This document shows positions 21,621 through 22,428 of a stretch of DNA of 22,428 bases, one piece after another (positions within the stretch are counted from its first letter, which is position 1; the number at the start of each line of letters is the position of its first letter). A program made the translations under genes and the position numbers. Below the pieces are notes generated by a model. That model did not search any database. It had not been told where the DNA came from and was given only the letters and a program-made list of their open reading frames with translations. Source of the DNA: Chiloscyllium plagiosum (lineage: Eukaryota); assembly GCF_004010195.1 (NCBI RefSeq), contig NC_057718.1:72803187-72825614 (forward strand). The letters are read 5' to 3'.

Positions 21621-21876
21621 GGGATCCGGACTTGTAGTCCAGCAAGTAGGCTAGCTGTTTGTCAGGCTGTCCAAGAATGTAGAGAGGCTGTGGAGAAGGT
21701 AGCACTGACAGGGAGTACTTGCGGACACAGAGATGGGCTCAAGTGTGTGGGATCCGGACTTGTAGTCCAGCAAGTAGGCTAGCTGTTTGTCAGGCTGTCC
21801 AAGAATGTAGAGAGGCTGTGGAGAAGGTAGCACTGACAGGGAGTACTTGCGGACACAGAGATGGGCTCAAGTGTGT
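21621..21876 (+). repeat. Perfect 128-bp tandem duplication in the CR1 ORF1/ORF2 junction
   Basis: 21621-21748 is identical to 21749-21876 by direct comparison. Confidence 0.95.
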
Positions 21877-22428
21877 ATACTTCAATGCAAGGAGTATCAG
21901 AAATAAGGTGGGTGAACTTAAGGCGTGGATCGGTACCTGGGACTACGATGTTGTGGCCATCACAGAAACGTGGATAGAAGAGGGACAGGAATCGTTGTTG
22001 GAGGTTCCTGGTTACAGATGTTGCAGTGAGATTAGGGAGGGTGGTAAAAAAGGAAGGGGGGTGGTGTTGCTAATTAGAAATGGTATAACGGCGGCAGAAA
22101 GGAAGTTTGAGGGGGATCTGCCTCTGGAGGTAGTATGGGCTGAAGTCAGAAATAGGAAAGGTGCAGTCACCTTGTTGGGTTTTTACTATAGGCCCCGCAA
22201 TAGCAGCAGAGATGTGGAGAAACAGATGGGGAAACAGATTGTGGAAAGGTGCTGTTGCCACAGGGTCGTAGTCATGGGCGACTTCAACTTCCCAAATATT
22301 GATTGGAAGCTCTTTAGATCAAGTAGATTGGATGGGGCGGTGTTTGCGCAGTGTGTCCAGGAAGCTTTTCTAACACAGTATGCAGATTGTCCGACCAGAG
22401 GGGAGGCCATATTGGATCTGGTACTCGG
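21749..22428 (+). mobile_element. Young CR1 ORF2 N-terminus (APE endonuclease), stop-free to the window edge
   Basis: LKCVYFNARSIRNK, DVVAITETW, GVVLLI, YYRP.N, VVMGDFNFPNIDW, PTRGEAILDLVL with no stop codon. Confidence 0.93.

Overview
Repeat-dense vertebrate intronic DNA, very probably from a shark or other elasmobranch (inferred from HE1-type V-SINEs and abundant CR1 LINEs). The only host-gene exon I can support is the first coding exon of DOP1A (DOPEY1) on the minus strand (CDS 14131->13994, missed by the ORF track). I found no other DOP1A exon, so the rest is probably its flanking introns. The remainder is layered mobile-element debris: many CR1 fragments, an L2/CR1-group LINE, HE1-type and other tRNA-derived SINEs, nested solo LTRs, Tigger-like MITEs and a fossil Copia reverse transcriptase. 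The most interesting signals are (1) small palindromic Penelope-derived elements carrying minimal hammerhead-ribozyme cores on both strands, with intact cores at 5174-5402; (2) an in-frame U-UUA-AAC -1 frameshift heptamer joining CR1 ORF1 to an ATG-less ORF2; (3) an ungapped 80-bp non-coding duplicate on either side of the DOP1A exon; and (4) an overlapping uORF on the DOP1A start. Family names come from motif recognition only; no database search was run.
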